Source: Candidatus Thorarchaeota archaeon (GTDB lineage: Archaea > Asgardarchaeota > Thorarchaeia > Thorarchaeales > Thorarchaeaceae). From it: DNA of 57,314 nt. This document shows, piece by piece, positions 37,001 to 46,779 of the stretch. The stretch lies in NCBI GenBank assembly GCA_038893995.1, contig JAWAQK010000007.1, positions 1 to 57,314 of the forward strand, written 5' to 3'. Numbering within the stretch: the stretch's first letter is position 1; each line of letters opens with the position of its first letter. The notes below the pieces were generated by a model. It was not told where the DNA came from, searched no databases, and was given only the letters and a program-made list of their open reading frames with translations. A program made the translations under genes and the position numbers.

Positions 37001-40000
37001 GCAGTGAAGACCCTCGGGACCCAGTGGTACTATGAGGGCGGAGAAGTGGTTGTCCCCGACGGACAGGTTGATGTCTTTGGAGTCTGGACCATCAATTTCG
37101 TCAGCATGAACTACATATTGACACTGGACGTAGGGCCCCCTGGAGGTCCATACGGAACTACGGCGAACTTCAGCCTGGGCCAGACAATGAGATTTCGGAT
37201 GACAGTTCCATGGATCACGGGCGCACGACAGGGTCTAATTCTCACTGATCCGACGGGAACAGTCCAGTGGGAGAGCTATACCACCTCTACAGGGTCTCCA
37301 GCACATCTCTACCCGTCATTTCGGTACCGAAAAACGATCACCATCTCTAGCTCGAAGGTCTATGCAGATCTGACCAACTTCCCTGTCCTGATCGACATAC
37401 TCGATTCGGACCTGCGCAACCCATCGAAAGTACAGCCTGACGGCGATGATATTCTCTTTGTCCAGAACGGTAAGGTGTTGGCTCATGAGCTGGAGTTGTT
37501 CGTGCAGGACTACGATGCCACTCACGCGAGGCTGGTCGCATGGGTCCGTGCGAATCTGTCAGCCACCGCAGACACAGTGCTGACAATGTACTACGGTAAT
37601 CCCATACTTGGTCCTCAGTCCAATCCCAAGGCGGTCTGGAGCAATGCTTACGACGCAGTGTGGCATCTTGGTGAGATTGCGATCGACGAACAGACCACAG
37701 CAACCCACGTCGATTCAACTGGCCACGGATACTACGGCAACCAGTATGGTAACGCCAATACGACGCTGAGTAACGGAAAGATACTTCGTGGTCAGATATT
37801 TGACGGCGTCAATGACCTGATATCGGTATCTGCCTCACTCGGTCTCGCTCCGTCAGGGAACGTGGCACTGTCTGGATGGTTCTATCTGCCAACGACTTTC
37901 TCGAGCAGTTCACCCACATCCTATCTTCTGATGTCCAAGTATCAGAGCGTTGACTACAACATGCACCTCATGCTTGTTGGAAATGACTATCTTCAGGGGT
38001 CTGTCGCCAAGGGCTCATTGGTCTTCAAGATGGAAACTCAGCCGGCCGGTGCGAGATATATGTACACGACCAGGTCCTCGTGGGCCGCTGGCTGGTATCA
38101 CTACACGATCCTCCTTAACTCGACCGATATGTCGCGCAATGCTATCTACATCAACGGTCTTCAGGAGTCTACTCTTACCGTCCTCAGTGCTACAACTGGT
38201 TCCCTATCCTTCTCCGGCACGTGGGGAATCGGAGGCGGGTACGTTGACTATGGTCAGATTTCAGGTGGGGCCTCGTTTCTGAATGGCCGGATGGACGAGG
38301 TCCGTGTCTCATCAACAATTCGCTCCGCAGGGTGGATTCGAACAGAGTATGAGAGCCAGAGCAACCCGAGTGCATTCTATACAGTTGGAAGTGAGCAGAC
38401 CAGAGAGGACCTGGCTCCCTACATTGACAAGACCGTCACGAGCTCATATCCTGCTGGCGTCTGGACCGTCAGTGCATACTACAACGACACCGGCACTGGA
38501 GTGGACACGAGGACAGGCCTCTACGAGAGAAAGTTCATCATCAAGAGGGCTACTAGCCTCTCTCTGATAGCGCCTGGAGACGCTGTCGGCGATGGCGTGT
38601 CAACACGCGTCGTCGGACAGGGCCTGTATATCGAAGTCCGACTGAGAGACTCGGGAAACTTGGCTTCGATACCGGGTGCCACCGTGCGAATGAACTGGAC
38701 CGTGTCTGGTTCACCATCCATCAGGACAATGAATGACTATGGGGATGGCAGATATGGTATAGCGCTGAATACTACTGACCTGAGTCTCAACACAAGATGG
38801 CGCATCAACATCTGGTCCAGGCATGACTACTATCAGGATACAAGCATGTATTTCTTCCTGGATCTGTCCCATAACACACAGCTCACATACGCATGGGTTT
38901 CTACGACCCCTGTGGGATTCGACTTCAGGGCCTCTCTGTACTTCAGGGATGCATACACGGGGGCTCCAGTGACCGGTGCCACCATCAAGTTCTCAAACGG
39001 CACACCTGTAAGTGTTGTTGCACAGGGCGGTGGATGGTACAACATCTCTATCCCAACGACTGGCATGTCGCCCGGAGATTACTCGTTCACCTTCGTTGCA
39101 TCAAAGTCGGGAGCCTACCTCGAGTCTGCAAGTGTAGATGTGACCTTTACGCTGAGACGTCATTACACCGCCCTCTCTGTGTCCGGCGATCTTGTCACCC
39201 CGCAGGGATTCACGACTGCAGTCACTGTTTCAGTGATTGATCTTGATACTGGGACCCCAGTCCCTCTGGGCTCTACCAGCTCCCTCCTGTTCACGTGGAG
39301 TGGGGGATCTCATAACGTCCAGCCCGTCACCACCTACCAGATCACATTGCCAACAGGCAGCTGGAATATCGGAACTGTGGATGTGGTCCTGACAGCCGTG
39401 TTGTCCTCCACATACTATAACCCCGACGGATATACCTTCCAGATCCAGATCCGCAAGCACTACACGGCTGTGACTGCAATAGGGTCGTTCGTCTATCCGT
39501 ATGGGAATATGACACCCGTGACGCTCAAGATAGTTGACCTGGATACTGGAACAACTCTCGCAGCCAGTACGGTCAGCTCGATCTCCTTCACATGGAGTGG
39601 GGGATCATACAGTCCATCGCCCCCATATTCCAGTCTCTCATTCGTGCTGGACTCGAGCAGCTGGGCGGTGGGCTCAAAGATCGTCACAGTCTCTGTCGTC
39701 ATGGGTAGCATCTACTTTAGCCCAGACAATCATCAGTTCACGGTCACGATAGTGAGTATGCGGACTGTCCTGTACCACGAGCCCAGTGATCTGCTGTTCC
39801 CACGGTTTGACGACTTTGTCATCGTCCTGCGTGTCAACGTATCCGAACCCGGGCCATACTATGGTTCGCCCATCACAGGACTCTCGCAGACTCATTTCTC
39901 GCTGAGCGCGTATGCGATCAAGAGTCTCACGAATCTTGGGGATGGCCGATACCGGCTCACAATCGATCAGTCCTACTTCACTCAGGGTACTTACATTGTC

Positions 40001-43000
40001 ACAGTCACAGTCAATCCGACAGACAGCAGGTACGCGTCTGCCCTCCTGCAGATAGTGTTCCAGTATAGGCCGGCTGAGAGCCTCCTCTCGTCACCCAACT
40101 ATCCTCTTGTCATAACTCCGGTCCTGAGGGACGTAGTCATCACACTGAACTATACCGACCTGGACCGGTCCACTGGCATCACTACTGCCGTCATAACTGC
40201 ACAGGGCGTGTCAATATACGACCAGCAGAACCTTGGCAATGGACTTTACCGTGTCACGGTGAATGTGCAGAGCCTCTCGGTCGGTGAATATGTCTTCAAC
40301 CTGACTGCAACTGCATCAGGCTATGTGTCGAAGACCCTCACGTTCAACCTCCGGGTGCGGGTGGCATATACGTACGCCATCCCAACAGTCGGAGCGCTGG
40401 ACATCCCTGTCGGCAATGACCCAGTATTCTATGTGGACTACTATGACACAGACAATAGTGTTCCAATCTCAGGGGCCAGCGTCGCCTCGACATGGTCGAA
40501 AATCTCAGTGACCTACCTGCCGGCTCAGGGTCGATATCAGGTGACCTTCATCACTGACGACACAGACCCATTGGTCTCCAACATGGCAGTCGAATTCGAA
40601 TTCACGAAGGGATCAAACTATCAGCCTGGTGTGTTCTCCATCTCCGTCACAATACGCACACACAGGACGGAGTTCCGACTTGTCAGTGCCATTGAACCAA
40701 CCCCGTACAACAGTGACATCCAGATTCCTGTATACTACGGTGATATCGACAACAATGTGGGCATCAATGAGATGTACGTCTATTGCTACGTCAGGAACGC
40801 GACACATCTGGTCACTTCGCAACTGACGACCGGTGGTCAGGCCGGCTTCTTCATCGTCAAGGTACCTGCGGCCCAGTTCGGAGGACCAAAGCTTGTGGCC
40901 CTCACTGTGTACTTCAACTGGACTGGGCCATCTGTGAAATACTACAACATGTCCATCAGTGTGACTGCCAACGTGGTTGGTGAGGACTCTCGCTATACAC
41001 TCCTATTGGCCTCAGAGCCCACCCCCTACGGCTACAACATGTCGTACGTGTTCCTATACTCCGATCTGTCAGGCAGTGGCATTACCAACTCCACTGGCGG
41101 AGTCCACATATACGTCAAGTTTGACAGGACCGTCAATCTCAACCTGGTCACGATCAGAGAGGTCAATCGTGTCGGCCAGCCGGGTGTATACTCCATCTCG
41201 TTCAACAACGAGATCCTCGGCGGGGTCGGCCTCGTCTACATGCAGGTCTACATCAACTGGACAGGCGGTGCCCCGTTCTACACCAACAGACAGGACACAG
41301 TATCAGTCCGTGTACAGCCACGTGACACACTCCTCTCAGTGATGCCCCCCGTACCAACTCCTCGCGGCGAGAATGCGTCCTTTGTCTTCACGCTTGACGA
41401 TATTACGGGTGCCGGCTCCGTCCCGGTAGAGTACGACCCCGCTCACATGTTCATCACGTTGAGTATTTCGAGCTACAGCCTGACATACAATTCACAGACG
41501 CGAGAGTTCACTGTATCCTTCAATACGGCCCAGAGTCCCATCGGTGATGCTCCGTTAGGACAGAAGTCCTTCAATATCAGCGTGATCTGGACTGGAGCTC
41601 CGTTCTACGCAAACCACACAGGCCGCATCATGTATGTGTCTGTGACAGCACGACTGACCGTCCTCGACTACCAGTCTCCATCACCGACTCCATTTGGCGA
41701 TGTCTGTACATTCTTCGTCGTATGGACTGACGTCACCTCCAGTCCCGTAGGCGTTGATGGGGCCACCGTCGCGCTTTACGACGGCGGAAGTCTGATACCG
41801 GGCTCCTACTATACGGTGACAGGCATGGGTGGAGGTTCATACAAGATTGAACTTGACACAGACTATTATTCCTCTCCAGGATCCAAGACATTGCGGGTGT
41901 CGCTTTCGGCGACCGTGTTCTACATCCTTGATGTGTCCGCCACGCGGAACCTCCTGGTCCAACAGCGACTGAGCCTCGTGTCGTCTGAGCCACCTGCCAG
42001 AGTTCCCTACGGTCTCCCCATTCACATCGTCGTGTACTATCAGGACCGGTTCACACTGTCAAACATCGGCAATTCGACTGGGAAGGTCAGATTCTCCATA
42101 CTCAATGGATCGTCTTGGTACTACACTATTGAGTGGAAGGAGAGCTTTGGCTACTACGTACTGACGGTCGAGACCAGCAACCATCCGGAGCTACTCATTG
42201 ACGTCCCCTATTACCTTCATGTGATGATGTCCTATGCAGACGAGGCACCATTCTATGCCTCCGACGACGCCTACATCGAGTTCAGGCTTCGGCTGAGGGT
42301 GACCGCACTAGAACTTGTGACAGCCCCTACCCCTACCCCCTACCAGGACTACGTGAGCTTCATCGTGCTCTACAGGGATATTGACACCGGAGATGGTGTG
42401 GATGGTGCAACGATATCCCTCAAGAAAGGCGCAGTGACACTGGTATACGGAACTCACTACACGCTAGTTGCTGGTCCATCTGGAACCTGGACCGTGATTG
42501 TCTCGACAACGGCATTGGACGGCCTAGGCAAGACCACCGTCACGGTTGCTGCGAGCCGCGCTGGTGTACCATACAGGGCAAATGCAACGCTGAACGTGTC
42601 CCTGGATGTCACTAGGCGTCCAACGACCATCGACGTCATAAGTGCCACTCCGTCTGCACGGTACAACGACAACATAGTCATCGTGTTTGCGTACGTTGAT
42701 ACCGGGACATCCACATACGTTGGCGGCATCACGGACAAGGTGATGCTCTTTCGCTACAGCACCCTCATACCATCGGGCCAGTATTCACTGGTGGCCGGGT
42801 CAGTCCCGAACACACTTGTACTGACGGTCAGCACAAGTGTGCTGTCATCCGTGCTCGTCAATGGACTACCACTAACGATCAAGGTCTACTGGCTTGACGT
42901 CATTCCATACTACAACAATGCTAGCCTGACCCTGCCGGTCAATATAATCAATAGAGCTGGCATGCTCAGCCACGATCCAGTAGAGAGCACACCTTTAGGC

Positions 43001-46000
43001 GACCAGATGCAGATCAGATTCTACTATGTCGATGCCGATACTGGCGTCAGCATTGCAGACGCGATAGTACTCCTCGACTGCGTTCAGAAGCCGGGTCTTC
43101 AGCAGGGTACGGACTATACCATAACATATCTCAGTGGCGTCTATACTATTCTGGTGGACACCAACAGACTCAACGGAATTGGATCGTACACGTTTCTATT
43201 GACGATCCAGTGGAACCCATCCACCCCACCATTCTATTCCAACCAGACAACGAGGTCAATCCCCGGTTCTGTCCGTCTTGTTGCTGCAAACCTAGAGGTT
43301 GGGCTACCGTCACCGATATCGGTCCCATTCTATGCCAACGTCACATTCGACATGACGTTCACAGACCAGGACCACATGACTCCGATACTTGGTCTGACAG
43401 CCGGCAGCGTTAGTATCAAGTACAAGCACTCGAACCAACCTCCGCTCCTGTGGAGTTTTCGGAGTCTGGGTGGTGGCGTGTATAGAATCACGGTCAACGT
43501 GACCACAGAGGTCACCATAGGTGTCAGGACTCTCGCCATCACGGTCAACATGTATCCTTACGTGGAGCTGGAGAGACAGGTATCTTTCCAGGTGAGAAAC
43601 CGTCTCTGTGCGATATCTCTGGTGTCCATGCCTGAGAGCATTTACGCGGGAGACCCCGTACGGCTATTCCTGAACGTCACTGACGAGGACGCAGGTGGTT
43701 CGCTGGTCTCGGGCGCCAGCTTTGTACTTGTCTGGGACAATCCTCCGGGACCACCGATTGAGGTCTCATATGGTATCTATCAGGTTGACCTAGTCACCAT
43801 CGGCATGAGTTACGGGCTGAGACAACTGACGATCTCAGCCTCCAAGACAGGATATGAAACTGCGTACGTCGCCATCACAATAAACCTCTTGCCGATCACC
43901 ACTGATCTGGTCATCAGCGGGGATCTGGTTGGCCCCTACTACTGGGGCGATACACTAACAGTCTACGCATACTTCAACGACACAGTGCACGGGACCGGCA
44001 TAGAGGGTATTGCTGACGTCAGCTTCACATGGGGAGGTCTGCCCTACGTCTCTCTGACCGAACTGGGGTCTGGCAACTTCTCGGCATTCCTCGACACCTC
44101 GCTGGTATCAGCCACTACAGTCACGGTCATCATCCAGGCCCGCGCTCCCAACTACCTCACTGCAAGTGCCAGCTTCCTGCTGAGCATCCTGCCGAGGCCG
44201 GTGAGTCTGTCCTCTGTCGGAAGCCCGACGATGACTGTTCCAAGAGGCTCTAAGGCACAACTCACAGTGTATCTCACCGACCTAAAGACCGGCAATCCAC
44301 TGACGACTGCAACGATTGTCGCTAGCTGGAACTTTGAGGGAGTGCCTGGAACAGCCCAGTTTGTGAGTCGTGGCGGCGGGTACTATGATGCACTAGTCGA
44401 CACAGGTACGACAAAGGCAGATCAGGTGTACCAGATACTCGTCACATCGACTCTGGCAAACTATCAGACGGCGTCGACATCATTCCAGATATATACGACA
44501 CAGACGCGTACCTTTGTGATCCTGGACTCCCAGACTAAGACCTACGAGGAGAGGGCATTTGCATGGTCTGAGGTCATCAGGATCGGTGTGTACGTACTTG
44601 CCCTCGACCTCAATCAGACTGATCCCGATTACATCCAGTGGAACTCTACAGTCCGGCTGGAATATGAAACTCTTCAGTTCTACATGATGCGCAATGGGAC
44701 GACTGGTCACTTCTACTTCGACTTCAATACTACGCTATTCGATACAGGTACCTACGCGTTCCGTATCATTGCAACCCCTGCGAACCGCTCTTTCGCACAG
44801 TCCAGCAACAGGACAGTCATAACAGTATTCAAGGTTCAGACAAGCGTGATACCTCCGAGTGCAGACTCCCCCTACTGGGGAGTGTCGAAGTGGTATAACT
44901 TCACATACTTTGATGTTGTACGGAACCAGCCTATCGCGAACGACAGTTACAACCTGCCCGTAATCGCCAGATACAGATGGGCGGGCCACGAGGGTCTTGC
45001 GACCTACTTCGGGAATGGTGTCTACGGTGTGTTTGTCAATACCTCTCTTCTGACCGCAGGCCAACTATACATCCTCACCATCTCGTTTGAGAAACGGAAC
45101 TTTGAGTCTCGTGAGGGTCGTGTGGAGATAACCGTCCGAAGGGTCCCGACTGAGATTGTTGTCATATCTCCGTTCCAGAACCAGGTGGACGGAAACCCAC
45201 GTGTGTTGCAGGTACCCATCGGCGATGTAATCGATATCCTCTTCCTGTTCAACGACACTGACAACTCTGAGGGCTACGTCGGTGGGCTCAACGGCGCCAC
45301 ACTGAACATGGCCACTCGACTCAGTGGTCCCAACATCGACGTACCCCTGACGATGGAAGACATAGTACTGGAGCCACTTGGAAATGGTCTCTACAGATTC
45401 GTGTTTGACACCAGGACCAAACTGTTCGGTCTAGTCAGTAAGGAACCATTCCGACTTACAATAGGTCTCTCTCTTCCCAACAGAGAAGATGCAGTCGTTC
45501 TGGTCCTGGTGACAGTCATCAAGATCCCGACTGAGCTTGTCGTCACCCAGCCCATCCCCTCATGGACAGTGATGAACGGCGAGACCCAACGCATAGTGTT
45601 CTACTACAACGACACTTGGCACAACAGAGGCATTGCTGGAGCCACGTTCAATGCCACGAGTAGTAGCAGCTCCGTATTCGTAGTGAACTACGGCGAACTT
45701 GGCGGAGGGTACTACTATGTTGACGTAGTGACGGGCGGTATCAGACTAGCAGAGAGTTCGGCATTTGTCATAGTGACTGTCACGCTCGAGGATTATGCAG
45801 ACCGCTCCATGACGCTGGTCGTGACTGTTACCCAAAACCCGACCGACACCATGTTCACTACGGGACTGCAGTATGGTCTCCCCATCGCTCTGATAGGACT
45901 TCTCCTCACGGTCGGCTACGTGAAGATCTGGAGCGTGCCCAAGCGGCTGCGCCAGATAAACAAGCTGATCAGACAACTCAAGAAGAACAAGATTCCCAAG

Positions 46001-46657
46001 CCCATCACTGACGTAAGGAGCCGAAGCCAGATACTGGCTGACCTGTTCGCAGATACCTTCTCTGAACTGTCACTGACACGGACAGCGGAACAGATGCCGG
46101 CAGAGTCCGTACCAGTCGATATTCCTGAGCTTGGCGAGCTTCTAATGCAGCTCTCCATCCTGACGAGACTGGGTCCTCAGGAGCTCGATGACTTCAAGGC
46201 CGACATATCCAAGATGAAGCTGAGCGAGCAGGCAACCTTCATGAAAGAAGTCATAAACCAGGAGGCCATTCGTGCAGCTCGGCGGGAGGGCAAGAGCGTC
46301 GAGCAGGTCCTCGAGGAAGTGAGGTCTGAGGCCCGGAAACGCCTTGGAGAACGTGTGGAGCGTGAGCGGATCGAGGAGATTGAAGAAGAGGGTATTATCA
46401 TTCCTCAGAAACCAACAGAACCCACAATTCCCACGAGACCTGGTGTGAGAGCACCCCCGACGACTCCTGCCACTGGCGTCGAGCATGTTACTGCCGGACC
46501 TACAGAGAAACTCAGCCAGTTTGAACTCGAGGAGTTGAAGAAGGAACTCGAGGCAAAGGGAGTACCACTGCACGAGATTGACACAATCATAGAACAGGCC
46601 AAGAATCTGCCCAGAGAGCTTGTGGATGAACTGTTGCGAAGCATCGGAAAGAGATGA
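34028..46657 (+). CDS. Giant cell-surface glycoprotein: signal/anchor, 2x (DUF2341 + LamG), many Ig-like repeats, C-terminal TM and about 240-aa cytoplasmic tail
   Basis: Two YRK.I.I...KV.ADLT.FPV..DGDDI modules, each followed by LamG-like FDGV.D...W.H...GR.DE.R; repeated GxGxY/Ig-like units; many NxS/T sequons; TM YGLPIALIGLLLTVGYVKIW; start may be ATG 34043. Confidence 0.9.
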   Translation: MISQGMLRRLSVKKYSVLPLLVVFMFVIPLPGPTTNMVPSDETSTGWDLPRDFSVADYSVGQSGTGQSLPVFLTGTLVNRYDSVFEISSTSPGTTTISLDTGWTGSRLVTRVRGMSTWRTDDLLNGQLDSYHSEKFIVSGYSQSSTSVSVPNSWTLGKQASFGSALNRFHPAYGIWRFSSSSGAGYGGTMGWRFQASWSASDYLASTDRIYMGQLVNVPYRELYGTTISLQYRIPTSPVSNMNDQVYLFVSFAGYEAKLRIFEPSDPVGSWIAETVTIPSAYLSSISMPNALLLQVGLGTDLSGTQSTAQNAYVFVDNIELRLNVRPFPEQLGLKANGTSVVGSEWGSTYQYLTGSGRDCYDDPYYGLDLDGVDWWSSSGINTVSLYSDGGSNDWANAQIYRSGLQFPLQIPRGAVILRAYLELYPTESVDPPAMRIYVAGKTSSGQSVSPFTTGTPHLKDRFMWSSTGVDWTPLRWNTEGDESYGYQIIQRSPDLAPLVQSVVSDGGWTSGQYICIMLDYMNSATTQSYNNFAGSYGLSPPVVPRLMVEYLVPLPDDEVYVRQYRKDLVIDHNKVAADLTYFPVMVDITDADLRTKAQADGDDIAFSMGNIGLDHEIEYYDSSTGRLVAWVLVPYLSSTVDTVISMQYGNPYARRSVCRSMWRDYALVMHMSDDPSGVLYDSSPYRHYGTSYGSMSGGSLVPGKADGAIRFDGVDDRISVGQINTDSWSKVTFSAWVYHDDTGDDRVFSKAFSTSPSYHIMATQLAGTTYRVRLWTDGTNGQSATHDFGTVTSGQWHYISWTWDSSTGLITAYLNGNQLGSAQSHTGATVRDSVEMFIIGDNSLATDPSHQRFLAGRVDEIRLRPQSLSAAWFWTEYQNQNSPSTFMSVGSERVNPLSWVNESVVKMTFSTSSQEPVAMDVQMLMSIEGEGRSLDENFEEGTSFYVANASIVEWTAKILVSPPPETNNLEVRVAFPQQEWRPTKVTNPLGAVKTLGTQWYYEGGEVVVPDGQVDVFGVWTINFVSMNYILTLDVGPPGGPYGTTANFSLGQTMRFRMTVPWITGARQGLILTDPTGTVQWESYTTSTGSPAHLYPSFRYRKTITISSSKVYADLTNFPVLIDILDSDLRNPSKVQPDGDDILFVQNGKVLAHELELFVQDYDATHARLVAWVRANLSATADTVLTMYYGNPILGPQSNPKAVWSNAYDAVWHLGEIAIDEQTTATHVDSTGHGYYGNQYGNANTTLSNGKILRGQIFDGVNDLISVSASLGLAPSGNVALSGWFYLPTTFSSSSPTSYLLMSKYQSVDYNMHLMLVGNDYLQGSVAKGSLVFKMETQPAGARYMYTTRSSWAAGWYHYTILLNSTDMSRNAIYINGLQESTLTVLSATTGSLSFSGTWGIGGGYVDYGQISGGASFLNGRMDEVRVSSTIRSAGWIRTEYESQSNPSAFYTVGSEQTREDLAPYIDKTVTSSYPAGVWTVSAYYNDTGTGVDTRTGLYERKFIIKRATSLSLIAPGDAVGDGVSTRVVGQGLYIEVRLRDSGNLASIPGATVRMNWTVSGSPSIRTMNDYGDGRYGIALNTTDLSLNTRWRINIWSRHDYYQDTSMYFFLDLSHNTQLTYAWVSTTPVGFDFRASLYFRDAYTGAPVTGATIKFSNGTPVSVVAQGGGWYNISIPTTGMSPGDYSFTFVASKSGAYLESASVDVTFTLRRHYTALSVSGDLVTPQGFTTAVTVSVIDLDTGTPVPLGSTSSLLFTWSGGSHNVQPVTTYQITLPTGSWNIGTVDVVLTAVLSSTYYNPDGYTFQIQIRKHYTAVTAIGSFVYPYGNMTPVTLKIVDLDTGTTLAASTVSSISFTWSGGSYSPSPPYSSLSFVLDSSSWAVGSKIVTVSVVMGSIYFSPDNHQFTVTIVSMRTVLYHEPSDLLFPRFDDFVIVLRVNVSEPGPYYGSPITGLSQTHFSLSAYAIKSLTNLGDGRYRLTIDQSYFTQGTYIVTVTVNPTDSRYASALLQIVFQYRPAESLLSSPNYPLVITPVLRDVVITLNYTDLDRSTGITTAVITAQGVSIYDQQNLGNGLYRVTVNVQSLSVGEYVFNLTATASGYVSKTLTFNLRVRVAYTYAIPTVGALDIPVGNDPVFYVDYYDTDNSVPISGASVASTWSKISVTYLPAQGRYQVTFITDDTDPLVSNMAVEFEFTKGSNYQPGVFSISVTIRTHRTEFRLVSAIEPTPYNSDIQIPVYYGDIDNNVGINEMYVYCYVRNATHLVTSQLTTGGQAGFFIVKVPAAQFGGPKLVALTVYFNWTGPSVKYYNMSISVTANVVGEDSRYTLLLASEPTPYGYNMSYVFLYSDLSGSGITNSTGGVHIYVKFDRTVNLNLVTIREVNRVGQPGVYSISFNNEILGGVGLVYMQVYINWTGGAPFYTNRQDTVSVRVQPRDTLLSVMPPVPTPRGENASFVFTLDDITGAGSVPVEYDPAHMFITLSISSYSLTYNSQTREFTVSFNTAQSPIGDAPLGQKSFNISVIWTGAPFYANHTGRIMYVSVTARLTVLDYQSPSPTPFGDVCTFFVVWTDVTSSPVGVDGATVALYDGGSLIPGSYYTVTGMGGGSYKIELDTDYYSSPGSKTLRVSLSATVFYILDVSATRNLLVQQRLSLVSSEPPARVPYGLPIHIVVYYQDRFTLSNIGNSTGKVRFSILNGSSWYYTIEWKESFGYYVLTVETSNHPELLIDVPYYLHVMMSYADEAPFYASDDAYIEFRLRLRVTALELVTAPTPTPYQDYVSFIVLYRDIDTGDGVDGATISLKKGAVTLVYGTHYTLVAGPSGTWTVIVSTTALDGLGKTTVTVAASRAGVPYRANATLNVSLDVTRRPTTIDVISATPSARYNDNIVIVFAYVDTGTSTYVGGITDKVMLFRYSTLIPSGQYSLVAGSVPNTLVLTVSTSVLSSVLVNGLPLTIKVYWLDVIPYYNNASLTLPVNIINRAGMLSHDPVESTPLGDQMQIRFYYVDADTGVSIADAIVLLDCVQKPGLQQGTDYTITYLSGVYTILVDTNRLNGIGSYTFLLTIQWNPSTPPFYSNQTTRSIPGSVRLVAANLEVGLPSPISVPFYANVTFDMTFTDQDHMTPILGLTAGSVSIKYKHSNQPPLLWSFRSLGGGVYRITVNVTTEVTIGVRTLAITVNMYPYVELERQVSFQVRNRLCAISLVSMPESIYAGDPVRLFLNVTDEDAGGSLVSGASFVLVWDNPPGPPIEVSYGIYQVDLVTIGMSYGLRQLTISASKTGYETAYVAITINLLPITTDLVISGDLVGPYYWGDTLTVYAYFNDTVHGTGIEGIADVSFTWGGLPYVSLTELGSGNFSAFLDTSLVSATTVTVIIQARAPNYLTASASFLLSILPRPVSLSSVGSPTMTVPRGSKAQLTVYLTDLKTGNPLTTATIVASWNFEGVPGTAQFVSRGGGYYDALVDTGTTKADQVYQILVTSTLANYQTASTSFQIYTTQTRTFVILDSQTKTYEERAFAWSEVIRIGVYVLALDLNQTDPDYIQWNSTVRLEYETLQFYMMRNGTTGHFYFDFNTTLFDTGTYAFRIIATPANRSFAQSSNRTVITVFKVQTSVIPPSADSPYWGVSKWYNFTYFDVVRNQPIANDSYNLPVIARYRWAGHEGLATYFGNGVYGVFVNTSLLTAGQLYILTISFEKRNFESREGRVEITVRRVPTEIVVISPFQNQVDGNPRVLQVPIGDVIDILFLFNDTDNSEGYVGGLNGATLNMATRLSGPNIDVPLTMEDIVLEPLGNGLYRFVFDTRTKLFGLVSKEPFRLTIGLSLPNREDAVVLVLVTVIKIPTELVVTQPIPSWTVMNGETQRIVFYYNDTWHNRGIAGATFNATSSSSSVFVVNYGELGGGYYYVDVVTGGIRLAESSAFVIVTVTLEDYADRSMTLVVTVTQNPTDTMFTTGLQYGLPIALIGLLLTVGYVKIWSVPKRLRQINKLIRQLKKNKIPKPITDVRSRSQILADLFADTFSELSLTRTAEQMPAESVPVDIPELGELLMQLSILTRLGPQELDDFKADISKMKLSEQATFMKEVINQEAIRAARREGKSVEQVLEEVRSEARKRLGERVERERIEEIEEEGIIIPQKPTEPTIPTRPGVRAPPTTPATGVEHVTAGPTEKLSQFELEELKKELEAKGVPLHEIDTIIEQAKNLPRELVDELLRSIGKR

Positions 46658-46751
46658 GGGAACGGAGACGGGGACCTCTCCGCACTCCGTTTCCTCAACT
46701 CGAAGGTGGTACGGTCCAACACGGATCATATACCGGGGGGTAGTACCTTCG
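46655..46751. terminator. Double hairpin between convergent giant-protein and RadA-like genes
   Basis: 13-bp stem 46655-46667/46685-46697 and 7-bp stem 46701-46707/46745-46751. Confidence 0.45.
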
Positions 46752-46779
46752 CGTGGTCCCCCAACACCCCCCACTATCA

